Origin: an uncultured Nitrospiraceae bacterium
GTDB lineage: Bacteria; Nitrospirota; Thermodesulfovibrionia; UBA6902
Assembly: GCA_964393845.1 (NCBI GenBank)
Contig: CAYMUX010000003.1
Coordinates: 48-64,047 of the forward strand
Direction of reading: 5' to 3'
Length of the DNA stretch: 64,000 nt
Every line of letters starts with the position of its first letter. The first letter of the stretch is position 1. The position numbers and the translations under genes were made by a program. The notes under the pieces were generated by a model that saw only the letters and a program-made list of their open reading frames with translations, had not been told where the DNA came from and ran no database searches. Below are positions 10,305-19,715 of this stretch, piece by piece.

Positions 10305-10790
10305 ATGCACGGAATGAATATGATAAAACCGGTAATCCTTATTCTTATCATAAGTATCTCAGGATTTTATGGATGCAGAAAGGGAAGAGATGGCAGTGTG
10401 ATTCACATGAAGGAATTGATAAAACAGTATAATAATCTTCTTTCAGAGGCGTATATCACCATGGATTTGACAGAGCTGAATAAAATACTTACAGAAAATC
10501 ACGCTGTAAGGCTTGAAACCCGGCTGACGAATGTCAGGAAATCTCAAAGGCGGATGGAATCTGAATTGAAAAAGATAGAGTTTAAGGATATTGTATTCCC
10601 GGATGACAAATCAGTTATTGTTAGTACGAAAGAAGTGTGGGATATCCGCCATATTGATTTAAAAACAAAAAAAATGATCAAAGAGCATAAGGGCTATGTA
10701 TATGATCTTCGCTATGAACTCGCTAAAAAAGGGGATACATGGCTGATTGACAACGTGGTTGTCATTGATGAAAGGGAACCATTATTGTAG
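10305..10790 (+). CDS. Uncharacterized lipoprotein co-transcribed with ccsBA (paralog of 12986..13516).
   Basis: The start was refined to the ATG at 10305, 6 nt after the ccsA stop; signal peptide with a Cys (ISGFYGC). Shares GYIT...LKF.D.K...W.DLL.GDTWL.D..V motifs with the lipoprotein downstream of the second ccsA. Confidence 0.6.
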   Translation: MHGMNMIKPVILILIISISGFYGCRKGRDGSVIHMKELIKQYNNLLSEAYITMDLTELNKILTENHAVRLETRLTNVRKSQRRMESELKKIEFKDIVFPDDKSVIVSTKEVWDIRHIDLKTKKMIKEHKGYVYDLRYELAKKGDTWLIDNVVVIDEREPLL

Positions 10791-10850
10791 CTCCGACAAG
10801 GAAGTTTCTTGATGCACTTTGGAACGGTGAGTATCGGCAATTTCGTGAAA

Positions 10851-11198
10851 TCAGTTCCCAGTCATGGCTTTTGCCGCATTGAAATTCGGCTCTAAAACAA
10901 GGTCTGCTGTCTTATCCTGATAACCTGACCGGTATCCTTTAACAAAAGCCTCTCTCATATCAGCATTTACTCCGAAGAAATCAAGACCTGTTTTGCTCGC
11001 AAGCACTTTTACAAATGCATTGTCTATATCCCCCGGTTTAAGTCCGTTTGCTCTGTGTTTTTCACCCCATAATTCACCGTCCTTCATAAAGTCTGTTGCG
11101 GCTTTTGCCGGATGGATGGTTGCACATCCAACGGCAAAACATAATAGGGAAAATAATACAACCATCACCCGGGCAGTATAAGCATTTAGTTTTTGCAT
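10851..11198 (-). CDS. Small secreted or lipoprotein of unknown function.
   Basis: 115 aa; N-terminal signal peptide MVVLFSLLCFAVGCATIHPAKA. Confidence 0.5.
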   Translation of the reverse strand: MQKLNAYTARVMVVLFSLLCFAVGCATIHPAKAATDFMKDGELWGEKHRANGLKPGDIDNAFVKVLASKTGLDFFGVNADMREAFVKGYRSGYQDKTADLVLEPNFNAAKAMTGN

Positions 11199-11497
11199 TG
11201 TTCTTTCTATCCTTCCTTTAAAGCAGAATTACATCTGTGCATATGGTGTTAATTAATGGTAAAATGACACGAAAGTGACTTACGCTGATTATAATGATAA
11301 CAGCAAGTCACTAGGACTGCAAGTCTCCATTGATGTTGCTAATAAAAAGGCAATAAATCTATCGAGGTCCAACCTCCATAATTTTTCAGTGTGTTATCTT
11401 TTTTTTGACCCTATGCAATTTGTGGCATAGGAATTACGTCATAATTAAAATAAGTAAAAATAGTATAATTAAATAAGGTCGGAAATAGGCTGTAATC

Positions 11498-12964
11498 ATG
11501 AAAAAAATAAAAAGAATACTCCTTATAACCCCTCCATATCATTCCGGAGTAGTTGAGTCGGCAGGGGTGTGGCTGAACGTTGCATTTGTGTATATAGCCG
11601 GAAGCCTGCGGGCCGCCGGATACGAGCCTGTCATATACGATGCTATGAGCTACTGGGACGGATATGGCGACATAGAGAAAAGGATAAGGGATGAGAGGCC
11701 TGATGTTGTAGCTGTCACGGCATTTACAGCCGGGATAGTGGATGCATTAAAGGTACTGAAACTCGCTAAAGATATTAACGCTGAGATTGTAACGGTCATA
11801 GGGAATGTCCATCCCACATTCTGCTTTGAGGAGATACTCAGGGAACATCATGCGTATATGGATTACATTGTACGCGGCGAAGGCGAGGAGACACTGGTAG
11901 AGCTTCTTGACTGCATTAATTCAGGGGGGAATATTGATAAGGTCAGGTCAATATCTTTTTATAAAGAAGGCAATCTCATTGTAACACCCTCAAGACCTGC
12001 AATAAATGATTTAGACAGTCTGCCGACGGCATGGGACCTGATAGACTGGCCCATCTATACATATAAGCCGATGGAAGGTTCAATACTGGCGATAGTAAGC
12101 TCCTCACGTGGATGCAACCAGCAGTGCAGTTTCTGCTCTCAGCAGCTTTTCTGGGAAAGGAAGTGGAGGGGCCGGAGCGCGGAGAACTTTGTTGCCGAGC
12201 TTGAATACCTGAGGGACACCTATGGCGTAAACGTAGTCATGCTGTCCGATGAAACGCCGACATTAAACAGGGAACGGTGGGAGAATATCCTGGACCTGCT
12301 GATAGAGAGGGATGTCGGTACAAAGCTGCTGATGGAGACAAGGGTTGACGATATAATCAGGGACGAAGACATCATGTGGAAATACAAAAAGGCCCTGATT
12401 GACCATGTCTATGTGGGTGTTGAGGCAACGACACAGGAGACGCTGGACATATTCAAGAAAGACATAAAAGTGGAGCAGTCCAAGAAGGCGCTTGATCTTT
12501 TAAACGCGCAGGACATTGTAACGGAGACGTCTTTTGTGCTGGGAATGCCTGATGACACAAAAGAGAGCATGGAGAAGACCATTCAGCTTGCGAGGTATTA
12601 CAATCCGGACCTTGCGTTTTTCCTTGCTATAGCGCCGTGGCCGTATTCGGAACTGTATCCGTATTTAAAGGACCATGTAGAGATAAAGGACTACAGCAAG
12701 TACAACCTTGTGGAGCCTGTGGTAAAACCAAAGGGGATGACGCTAAAAGAGGTGTCTGAGATACTGGGCAGGGCCTCGAGGGAATTCTATATGTATAAGA
12801 TAAACAACCTTGAATTGTTAACAGACAGGAAGAAAGAATTCATGATTAAGGTTGTCCATATAATAGCCACCAGTTCATATCTCGCGGAGACTATGAAAGG
12901 CACGAGCATGCCGGAAGACGTAAAAAAGCTGCTTGAAAAAATAAAAATGGATGCAATAGCCTAA
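11498..12964 (+). CDS. B12-binding domain radical SAM protein.
   Basis: N-terminal Rossmann-like B12-binding region followed by the CNQQCSFCS (CX3CX2C) radical SAM cluster motif. Confidence 0.75.
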   Translation: MKKIKRILLITPPYHSGVVESAGVWLNVAFVYIAGSLRAAGYEPVIYDAMSYWDGYGDIEKRIRDERPDVVAVTAFTAGIVDALKVLKLAKDINAEIVTVIGNVHPTFCFEEILREHHAYMDYIVRGEGEETLVELLDCINSGGNIDKVRSISFYKEGNLIVTPSRPAINDLDSLPTAWDLIDWPIYTYKPMEGSILAIVSSSRGCNQQCSFCSQQLFWERKWRGRSAENFVAELEYLRDTYGVNVVMLSDETPTLNRERWENILDLLIERDVGTKLLMETRVDDIIRDEDIMWKYKKALIDHVYVGVEATTQETLDIFKKDIKVEQSKKALDLLNAQDIVTETSFVLGMPDDTKESMEKTIQLARYYNPDLAFFLAIAPWPYSELYPYLKDHVEIKDYSKYNLVEPVVKPKGMTLKEVSEILGRASREFYMYKINNLELLTDRKKEFMIKVVHIIATSSYLAETMKGTSMPEDVKKLLEKIKMDAIA

Positions 12965-12985
12965 ACTGTCCCTTATCAATTTTCA

Positions 12986-13516
12986 TTAAGAAAGCGGCTT
13001 GTAACCTTCGGGGTTCTTTTCCTTTGTCTGCTTTACATCTATATCATCAACAAGCCATTTGCCGGACAGCTTTATCAGACGGTAGGTAAGCTTATAATCT
13101 ACAGAGTTTTCATATACCTGTTTGCCTGAATCCGTATTTATGTATTTATAGTCCCACTTTTCCTCTGTCCCGGCCTCAGCATTGTCCGGCGAAAGAATTT
13201 TTACATCCGTGAATTTCAGTTCATTCAGTTTCATATCCATCTTTACCTTGCCCTCTCCCAAAGCCGACATGTGGTAATAAGCCTTATTGGCACGCTTCTC
13301 TGTCGCCGCCTCAAGAAGAAGACTCATGTTTTGTGTAATATAGCCTTTTGCAAGCAATGAATCATAAAGGATTACAGTGTTTTTAATCCTTGTTTCTTCA
13401 TCAAACGCGCCTGTTTCTTTGGGCTTCTCCGAAGACGTGCCGACCGTTTTTTTGTCTTGTTCACAGGCTGTCACAGACAAGACAGCAATTAAAATAATCA
13501 CCAGCATTCTGATCAT
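12986..13516 (-). CDS. Uncharacterized lipoprotein, paralog of 10305..10790, terminal gene of the second ccs operon.
   Basis: Signal peptide MIRMLVIILIAVLSVTAC. Sequence similarity to the lipoprotein downstream of the first ccsA. Confidence 0.6.
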   Translation of the reverse strand: MIRMLVIILIAVLSVTACEQDKKTVGTSSEKPKETGAFDEETRIKNTVILYDSLLAKGYITQNMSLLLEAATEKRANKAYYHMSALGEGKVKMDMKLNELKFTDVKILSPDNAEAGTEEKWDYKYINTDSGKQVYENSVDYKLTYRLIKLSGKWLVDDIDVKQTKEKNPEGYKPLS

Positions 13517-13540
13517 TTAAAAACTCCATTCTCCTTTATT

Positions 13541-13885
13541 TTAATGAAAGGCCATTGTATACTGCCAGTAAGTTCCGCTGCCGAAAATTACAAGAAGTAA
13601 GATATGCTTTATTATAAGCATCTTTCTTCTCGTCCGCTCTGCATCCGCTCCGTACACGTCCCCTACATAGGCATATGTGAAGGTCCTTCCGGCGCCTGCA
13701 AGAAACACTATCCCTATACAGATAAGGCCGATATAAAAAAATTCCTTCATAAGTCCGCTCAGTACTATCTTCAGGCTGACCTCGGGGACCCTGTCAAGCC
13801 AGTAAACCGCCAGAACAGTCGCCGCCCATATACCGGCGGCAAAGTCATGAATAAAACCGATTATGATTGTCAGCGCCCTTTTCAT
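13541..13885 (-). CDS. Small (115 aa) three-TM membrane protein translationally coupled to ccsA.
   Basis: The start was refined to the internal ATG at 13885-13883, which forms an ATGA overlap with the ccsA stop (13884-13882). The longer ORF 13541..14059 would overlap ccsA by 178 nt. Confidence 0.5.
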   Translation of the reverse strand: MKRALTIIIGFIHDFAAGIWAATVLAVYWLDRVPEVSLKIVLSGLMKEFFYIGLICIGIVFLAGAGRTFTYAYVGDVYGADAERTRRKMLIIKHILLLVIFGSGTYWQYTMAFH

Positions 13886-14712
13886 GATCTGAAATACTCC
13901 GAGTGAACGGATGACTCGATCAGGGGCGTAAAGAACAGCGCTATAATTGAGAGGACAAAACATACCATGAAGAAATAAGAGGCCTTCTCTCCCTTTAATC
14001 CGAAGAACCTTCTCAGGTGAAGATAGATGCCGAAGAAAATCCATGTTATCAAAGACCATGTCTCAATCGGGTCCCAGCCCCAGTATCTTCCCCACGATTC
14101 ATAGGCCCAGATTGAACCCGCAAGCATGGCAATGGCCCAGAAGGTGAAGCCGAATCCCGCAAAGCGGTATGCGTACATATCGATAATATCAAGTTCCGGG
14201 AGTTTCCGGACCCATATAATCTGCGTCCTGTTTTTAAAGATATAAAATATTGAAAAAGCGAGCGCAATGAGTAACGAACCCAGGGCGATCTTATAAAAAC
14301 TCACATGCAGGACGAGCCATATGCTCCTTAACGATGGAGGCAGCTTTGTAACTTCAGGATTAAAGAAGATGCCTATAGCTATCAGCAGGAACACCGACGG
14401 GAATACGATGATGCTCGCAGGTCTTATCTTCGGGAAGAGCTTTGAGAAAATGAGAAAGAGGAAAAGGGCCATCCAAGCATTGGACGACATGACCTCATAC
14501 CTTGCCATATAAGGGCCGTGTCCTGCTGCATTCCATCGGTAGAGGATAGCTACACCGTGCACCAGCAGGCCTGCAATCGCAATATAATAGCTCCTTTTAT
14601 ATGCCCTTTCGTTTTCAAATATCAGTCCATAGGCATTCAGCACAGTTGCAATTACATAGATAATTACAGCGGCCCAGTGAGCGCCGGTATCAATGATCAA
14701 AGGACTGGTCAT
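13882..14712 (-). CDS. ccsA: CcsA/ResC paralog (cytochrome c assembly protein, second copy).
   Basis: WWD motif WAYESWGRYWGWDPIETW; topology parallels 9478..10299. Confidence 0.85.
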   Translation of the reverse strand: MTSPLIIDTGAHWAAVIIYVIATVLNAYGLIFENERAYKRSYYIAIAGLLVHGVAILYRWNAAGHGPYMARYEVMSSNAWMALFLFLIFSKLFPKIRPASIIVFPSVFLLIAIGIFFNPEVTKLPPSLRSIWLVLHVSFYKIALGSLLIALAFSIFYIFKNRTQIIWVRKLPELDIIDMYAYRFAGFGFTFWAIAMLAGSIWAYESWGRYWGWDPIETWSLITWIFFGIYLHLRRFFGLKGEKASYFFMVCFVLSIIALFFTPLIESSVHSEYFRS

Positions 14713-16096
14713 CAGCTTCTCCTTCCCGCAAATATCCCGGTAATTTTTTTGAACTCATCTTCGTAGAGACTCTTAAACTTCGCGGACTTCCATGTTACAT
14801 CGAATTTGTCGCCTTCTTTTTTTGCGTGTATCTCTCTCGGCGGCATAAAGTATGTCAGCGCGCCTCCGGTAATTATAATGAAAAACCCTGCAAAGACACC
14901 AGACATGCCGATGCTCCTTGTGAATATCAGGCCCGTCCACTTTGCAACGTGAACAAGCTCTGCAGTATATGGACCAAAGGGTTTCCTTTCGCCAATCTTT
15001 AAAGATACCTCCGCATAGATCTTTTCATTCTCAACAATATCCATCTTTAAGCTTCCGCCTTCCCCGTTATTCTGAGTTATACCACCTATGGACCGGTCTG
15101 TCTGAACGAGCCTCATGACCAGCAGAGGGTCTTTGCTTTCAATGGATTTCTTTTCGGCGTCAGCATAATATTTGGCTTTCAGCAGATACGGGATGTCTTC
15201 CATCATGAAGTTGCCGTAACTCGCCTTATCCCTTTTTAAGGGATGCTCTATCTGGAATATCTTATTGAATTCCTTCCCCTCCGTATCAGTAAGCGATACA
15301 TAGAAGGCCTCGCCAAAGCTTCGGCCCTGATAGATGCGGAGCCCCCTGTCATTTACATTCAGGTTGATCCCCACGGTATGCCGTGTCTCTTTTCCATCCG
15401 CGCCTGTAAAGCTGAACACGGTTGTCTGGTACTTGACCTCGTCTGTTTCCCAGAATTCAATATTGGACTGTTCAAGCCTCACTGCCTCAGGCAGAATAAA
15501 CCCGCCTCCTAAAATGCCCGTATCTTCTAAAAGCCATTGACCGCCCTGAAAAAAGGCGTCTCCTTCAGCCAGGTGTATCAGGCCTCTCTTTTCAGTAGAG
15601 ACAATCAGGAGTGACGCTGAAATCATGACAGCCATACCCGCATGAAGAAGCGCATTGCCCCAGTATCCCCATCGGTTCCTGATAAATTCAGATTTGATTC
15701 ATCATAATAAGAGAGCCGATATCCCGCCTTCTTAATTACGCTGATGACGTCTTCCCTGGAAGCAGATATTTTAACACCTTCTGAATCCGGGGTTATCCCC
15801 TGACCGGATATCTTTTTGTAAGAAAATTTGATTTGTTCAATTGTTGAGAGTACGAGTGTGATAAGAAAAATCAGGAGCAGGACAGCGAACCAGGGAGTTG
15901 TATATACATGGTCTAGCCCGAGCCTGCTGCCCCAGAGGGACCAGAAGGGATACGTCTCATGCCATTTCTGAAACTGTTCCTGTGTAGTCGAAAACCTCTG
16001 CGGGAAGATATACCCGGCAACAACGGCTTTAAGAATGAGCAGTATCAGTGTGAGGACAGTTTTTCTTGAAAGCAGGAACTGCTTAATCGTTTTCAT
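14712..16096 (-). pseudogene. ccsB: ResB/Ccs1 paralog split into two frames (ORFs 15623..16096 and 14712..15635) by a single-base frameshift near 15640-15700; either a pseudogene or a sequencing error.
   Basis: The N-terminal ORF (TM segment + loop) ends at ...GAMRFFMRVWLS. The +1 frame reads IKSEFIRNRWGYWGNALLH and continues into the C-terminal ORF; the conserved GYWG segment lies in the shifted frame. The combined length of about 465 aa matches the first copy. Confidence 0.65.
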
Positions 16097-16436
16097 CCAT
16101 TCTATTATAATGCAGCCTCTTCAAAAAAAAGGCCCTGACAGGATGTCGGGGCTTTTTTGATATGTTTTATTACCAGGAATCGCCACTAAATTATGACGAA
16201 CTGACTTTTCATCATCTATAATTAAAATTGACGTCTTCATAGTTAAAACCTAAACTCTTTCGACGGGGAGTAATATTTCTAAAATTGTTGATTCTGTTTA
16301 TCTCTGACTTAATTTGAATAGTGGATTCATGTTCGGCAATTTAATCATTAACATAAAAAAATAATGAAAATATGGAATCGATAAATATATAATATGTCAA
16401 ACCTTTAGCAATATATAAATAATAATCAGGGGAAAA

Positions 16437-16964
16437 ATGATTGTCAGTAAACCGTTTCTTACTGTTGAACAGATTCAAAGCAAAGTAAAAGAACTTGCTG
16501 ACAGGATTTCCATGGACTACAAAGGAAATGAGATTATTGCAGTCGGAATATTGAAAGGCGCCTTTATGTTTTTCGCAGACATTGTAAAACTTATTCAGGT
16601 GCCGATGAACGTCGATTTTCTTGTAGCTTCCAGCTATATTAAAACCGAGACAACAGGCGAAGTAAAAATTCATGCTGATATAAGGGAAAATATAAAAGAC
16701 AAACACGTGCTTCTTTTTGAAGACATTGTAGACACAGGAGTAACTTTAAAATATATAAAAGATACTCTCCTCGTCAGAAATCCCGCCTCACTAAAAATTT
16801 GCGCATTTCTTGATAAAAAAACTCACCGGCAGGTCGATTTAGAACCGGATTATGTGGGTTATGCCATACCTGATAAATATGTAGTCGGGTACGGACTGGA
16901 TTATGATAACAAATACAGAAACCTTCCTTATATAGCTGTCTTCAAGGGAGATAACTCTCTATAA
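16437..16964 (+). CDS. hpt: Hypoxanthine-guanine phosphoribosyltransferase.
   Basis: PRPP-binding motif LLFEDIVDTGVTL; 175 aa. Confidence 0.85.
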   Translation: MIVSKPFLTVEQIQSKVKELADRISMDYKGNEIIAVGILKGAFMFFADIVKLIQVPMNVDFLVASSYIKTETTGEVKIHADIRENIKDKHVLLFEDIVDTGVTLKYIKDTLLVRNPASLKICAFLDKKTHRQVDLEPDYVGYAIPDKYVVGYGLDYDNKYRNLPYIAVFKGDNSL

Positions 16965-17168
16965 AATGGCAAGTGATCGGTCCGTAATTTGTCATTCCGG
17001 ACATTCATGAATAATACCATGCGTTGTTGTTAAGTTAATTTATAGCCCGCCATCATAAAAACCACTAAATTATTTTATTTGACAGAGGAAGCCATTGATG
17101 ATACTTTTTCTTTAAGAAAGAGATTATTCTTTTCTCTCTGGAAACATATTTCAATTTCATATTTATAT

Positions 17169-17861
17169 ATGAACAATAGACGAAACTATTACCGTATACT
17201 TCAGGTCCAGCCCGATGCCCCTGCGGAAATTATACATGCATGCTACCGCACGCTAATGCATAAATTAAAGCAGCATCCGGACTATGGCGGGGCACATTGG
17301 AATGCTGCGATTATAAATGAGGCTTACGAAACACTCAGCAACAGCGATAAACGTTTTGAATATGAAAAAAGACTCTTTGAGCGCTATACAAAACAACAGT
17401 TTCCTGATAAAGACTATATCAGGTATCCTGTTATAAGCATCTTTTGTCCGTTTTGCAAAAGACCCCTTGCGCGTAAAGCAAACCCCGGTGAAAACTGTGC
17501 TTCATGCAGGAGTCCTTTGCAATCAAAGAGTACCGGGGAATTGTTAAAACAGGAATATCAGCGCTCGGCTAATCGTATAAAAAAATCCGGAAGCATTCTA
17601 TACTATTCTTCCTGGCCTCAAAAGGGGAAAGAGGCAAAAATTATTGACCTTTCACCACAAGGAATTCGTTTCCTGTGCTTTGAGAAACTTGAACACGAAG
17701 CAATCATCAAGATAAGAAGTCCTTTGTTAAACGCCATTGCGAAGGTAACAAATACTCAAAATAAAGAGGCGGGCAGAGATCCCGCATATTCTGTTGGGAC
17801 CCGGTTTTTGGCGGTTACCTTTGCAAACTCAAAAGGTTCATTTCTTTCCACAATCGTTTAA
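17169..17861 (+). CDS. J-domain protein fused to a zinc ribbon and a C-terminal PilZ (c-di-GMP-binding) domain.
   Basis: J-domain YYRILQV...HPD tripeptide (KQHPDYGG); CPFC...CASC zinc ribbon; PilZ motifs RSANR (RxxxR) and DLSPQG (DxSxxG). The start was refined to the ATG at 17169. Confidence 0.65.
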   Translation: MNNRRNYYRILQVQPDAPAEIIHACYRTLMHKLKQHPDYGGAHWNAAIINEAYETLSNSDKRFEYEKRLFERYTKQQFPDKDYIRYPVISIFCPFCKRPLARKANPGENCASCRSPLQSKSTGELLKQEYQRSANRIKKSGSILYYSSWPQKGKEAKIIDLSPQGIRFLCFEKLEHEAIIKIRSPLLNAIAKVTNTQNKEAGRDPAYSVGTRFLAVTFANSKGSFLSTIV

Positions 17862-17936
17862 TCTTCAGACAGTTTTAAATCTTTTTCTATAATATCCTAA
17901 AATCTGTTCCTGATTCATCATGGACCCTGCAAAAAA

Positions 17937-18024
17937 TGGTGCCGAAGGCCGGATTTGAACCGGCACGGAAATTTCTCTCCGAGGGATTTTAAGTCCCTTG
18001 CGTCTACCAATTCCGCCACTCCGG
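17937..18024 (-). tRNA. tRNA-Leu (anticodon UAA), class II with a long variable arm.
   Basis: The reverse complement reads GCCGGAGTGGCGGAATTGGTAGACGCAAGGGACTTAAAATCCCTCGGAGAGAAATTTCCGTGCCGGTTCAAATCCGGCCTTCGGCACCA: 7-bp acceptor stem, anticodon loop CTTAAAA, T-loop GGTTCAAATCC, encoded CCA. Confidence 0.9.
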
Positions 18025-18192
18025 CAACCAAAGCACAATAGTCCAAAGTGCAATCGCGTAACAGCAAAAAATCGTCCGACTTTTACGCTTTGATATTATA
18101 CACAATACCATAGAGCAATAGTCCATAGAGCATCGGCCTTCTTTTGCTGGAAACAAAACCTGAGCCTTTACATCTTAAAAATAAATTATACT

Positions 18193-18729
18193 ATGCATAT
18201 GAATAGAAACCTGAAAATATTTTTTGCCAACGGAATTCCTTTCGGCATATTCACGGCAGTATTGTTTTCATCTCTTTACGGTATCAATGCCGGTCTTACA
18301 GGCGGGCTTGTTTTCGGTTTAATCTTCGGTTTTCTTATGTTTATCATATTAGGGTTTCTTCACAGCCGGGCCGTGGGAAAAATCGCAGGTGACCAATCAG
18401 AAGAGTCAATGGGTACCTTTCAGGTCCGGAATACAGAACTGCAGCTCCCCTATGACAGGACCTTTGACCTTTGCATTAAATCTCTAGACCTGATCAGCAG
18501 ATGCAGGGTCCGGGAGGAAAACCGCTCTCAGGGTAAAATCATAGCAAGATCGTCTGTTAACTGGAAGACATGGGGGGACACTATCTCTTTTGACATTACC
18601 GGTATAAGCAATGAAAACACTGCTGTAAAAGTATCAAGCAGACCGACCTCATGGTCAACACTCGTAGATTATGGCAACAACCTTGAGAATGTGAAAACAA
18701 TAGTTTCCTTTTTAGAAAAATCAAAGTAA
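18193..18729 (+). CDS. Hypothetical membrane protein.
   Basis: 178 aa; two N-terminal TM helices followed by a soluble domain. Confidence 0.45.
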   Translation: MHMNRNLKIFFANGIPFGIFTAVLFSSLYGINAGLTGGLVFGLIFGFLMFIILGFLHSRAVGKIAGDQSEESMGTFQVRNTELQLPYDRTFDLCIKSLDLISRCRVREENRSQGKIIARSSVNWKTWGDTISFDITGISNENTAVKVSSRPTSWSTLVDYGNNLENVKTIVSFLEKSK

Positions 18730-18879
18730 GCAGGACCGAAAACAGGAAAGCAGAAATGACACACAGATGGGTGACCCAGGTTCCTTCAAACTTCCGCGCT
18801 TACGCACCTTCTTGCTGATTTCAAATGAAGAGAGAGAACTTTTCTTAAGTGGAAAGCTGACTGCTGTTACTGCTCGTCC

Positions 18880-19332
18880 TTACTTCCTCAAATCAGACCT
18901 GGCATCTATCCAGCTTCCTACTATCTCTGAACTGAAATTGCCCAGATCAATGATGTAGTTTTTTAAATCTGAAAAAGACACATCTTCTTTAACTTCATGA
19001 TCATGGAATTTAACAATAATCTGATATCTGTCGTCCTGAGGCACCGTGACAGAAAAATTCCCATATTTATCCGTCTGCCCTTTTCGCACAGTAATATTGT
19101 TTGCATCTTTTATAAAGACCTGCGCATCCCTTGCTGCATAGCGGTTTATTTTTAAATATTCCGCAGAGGAAATTTCATCTATAAAAGAATACCCGTGTTT
19201 TTGCATATACTTCGACATAAGGCTGCACGTGAAATGAGCTGATCCGGTAATTGTAATATCAGACGCTAAAGCTATGGAATTGAAAAACAGAAGCAGTAAA
19301 ACAAGCAGGATTGATAATGAAGTTGTTTTCAT
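18880..19332 (-). CDS. Secreted protein with a possible carboxypeptidase-regulatory-like beta-sandwich.
   Basis: Signal peptide MKTTSLSILLVLLLLFFNSIALA; ...VRKGQTDKYGNFSVTVP... resembles CarbopepD_reg-like folds. Confidence 0.4.
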   Translation of the reverse strand: MKTTSLSILLVLLLLFFNSIALASDITITGSAHFTCSLMSKYMQKHGYSFIDEISSAEYLKINRYAARDAQVFIKDANNITVRKGQTDKYGNFSVTVPQDDRYQIIVKFHDHEVKEDVSFSDLKNYIIDLGNFSSEIVGSWIDARSDLRK

Positions 19333-19715
19333 ATATCCCCCCTTTTTTAAAAAATGTATCCTGTTTCCCTGAATATTGACCCGTTGAGAAATAAGGTATA
19401 TTTAAGGGGGGTGAGAGCAATTACCATGCCATTTTATATCAGATTCAGGTAAATGATTAATTGCTGCAAAGGCCCTTGTATTTACGGATTTTTTTAAAAT
19501 GGTTATCTGCTGTTGTGATTTTGCCTGTGTAATATGGCGCACGAGTTAGAGGAAAAATCCTTTCCGGCTTCCCGGCTTTCACACTTGCTTGCTTTTGACG
19601 CTGAATGCTGATTGCTGAGAGCTGCCTTTCCGCCTTTCACGCTTGCGAGCTAACAAGCGGGTTTGAGGGCGAATTTGAATTAGGAAAACTCAATTTTTAA
19701 GCCCGACCCCGGTGG

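Noticed and set aside
10071-10790. 239-aa ORF starting inside ccsA.
   Set aside because: Its first 78 codons overlap ccsA in another frame. The signal-peptide-bearing start at 10305, just after the ccsA stop, is the plausible one.
13541-14059. 172-aa ORF overlapping ccsA by 178 nt.
   Set aside because: The internal ATG at 13885 gives an ATGA-coupled 115-aa membrane protein without the long overlap; the longer form is unlikely.
17937-18024. tRNA-Leu as a possible genomic-island integration site.
   Set aside because: No integrase, direct repeat of the tRNA 3' end or foreign-looking genes are adjacent; the neighbours (hpt, DnaJ-PilZ, membrane proteins) look like core genes.
17865-18053. 62-aa ORF on the minus strand.
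   Set aside because: It overlaps the tRNA-Leu(UAA) gene (17937..18024) entirely; a spurious ORF.
19520-19700. Short direct repeats ctttcacacttgcttgc / ctttcacgcttgcgagc in the rluA upstream region.
   Set aside because: Only two imperfect copies with no flanking structure; insufficient to call a regulatory element or sRNA.
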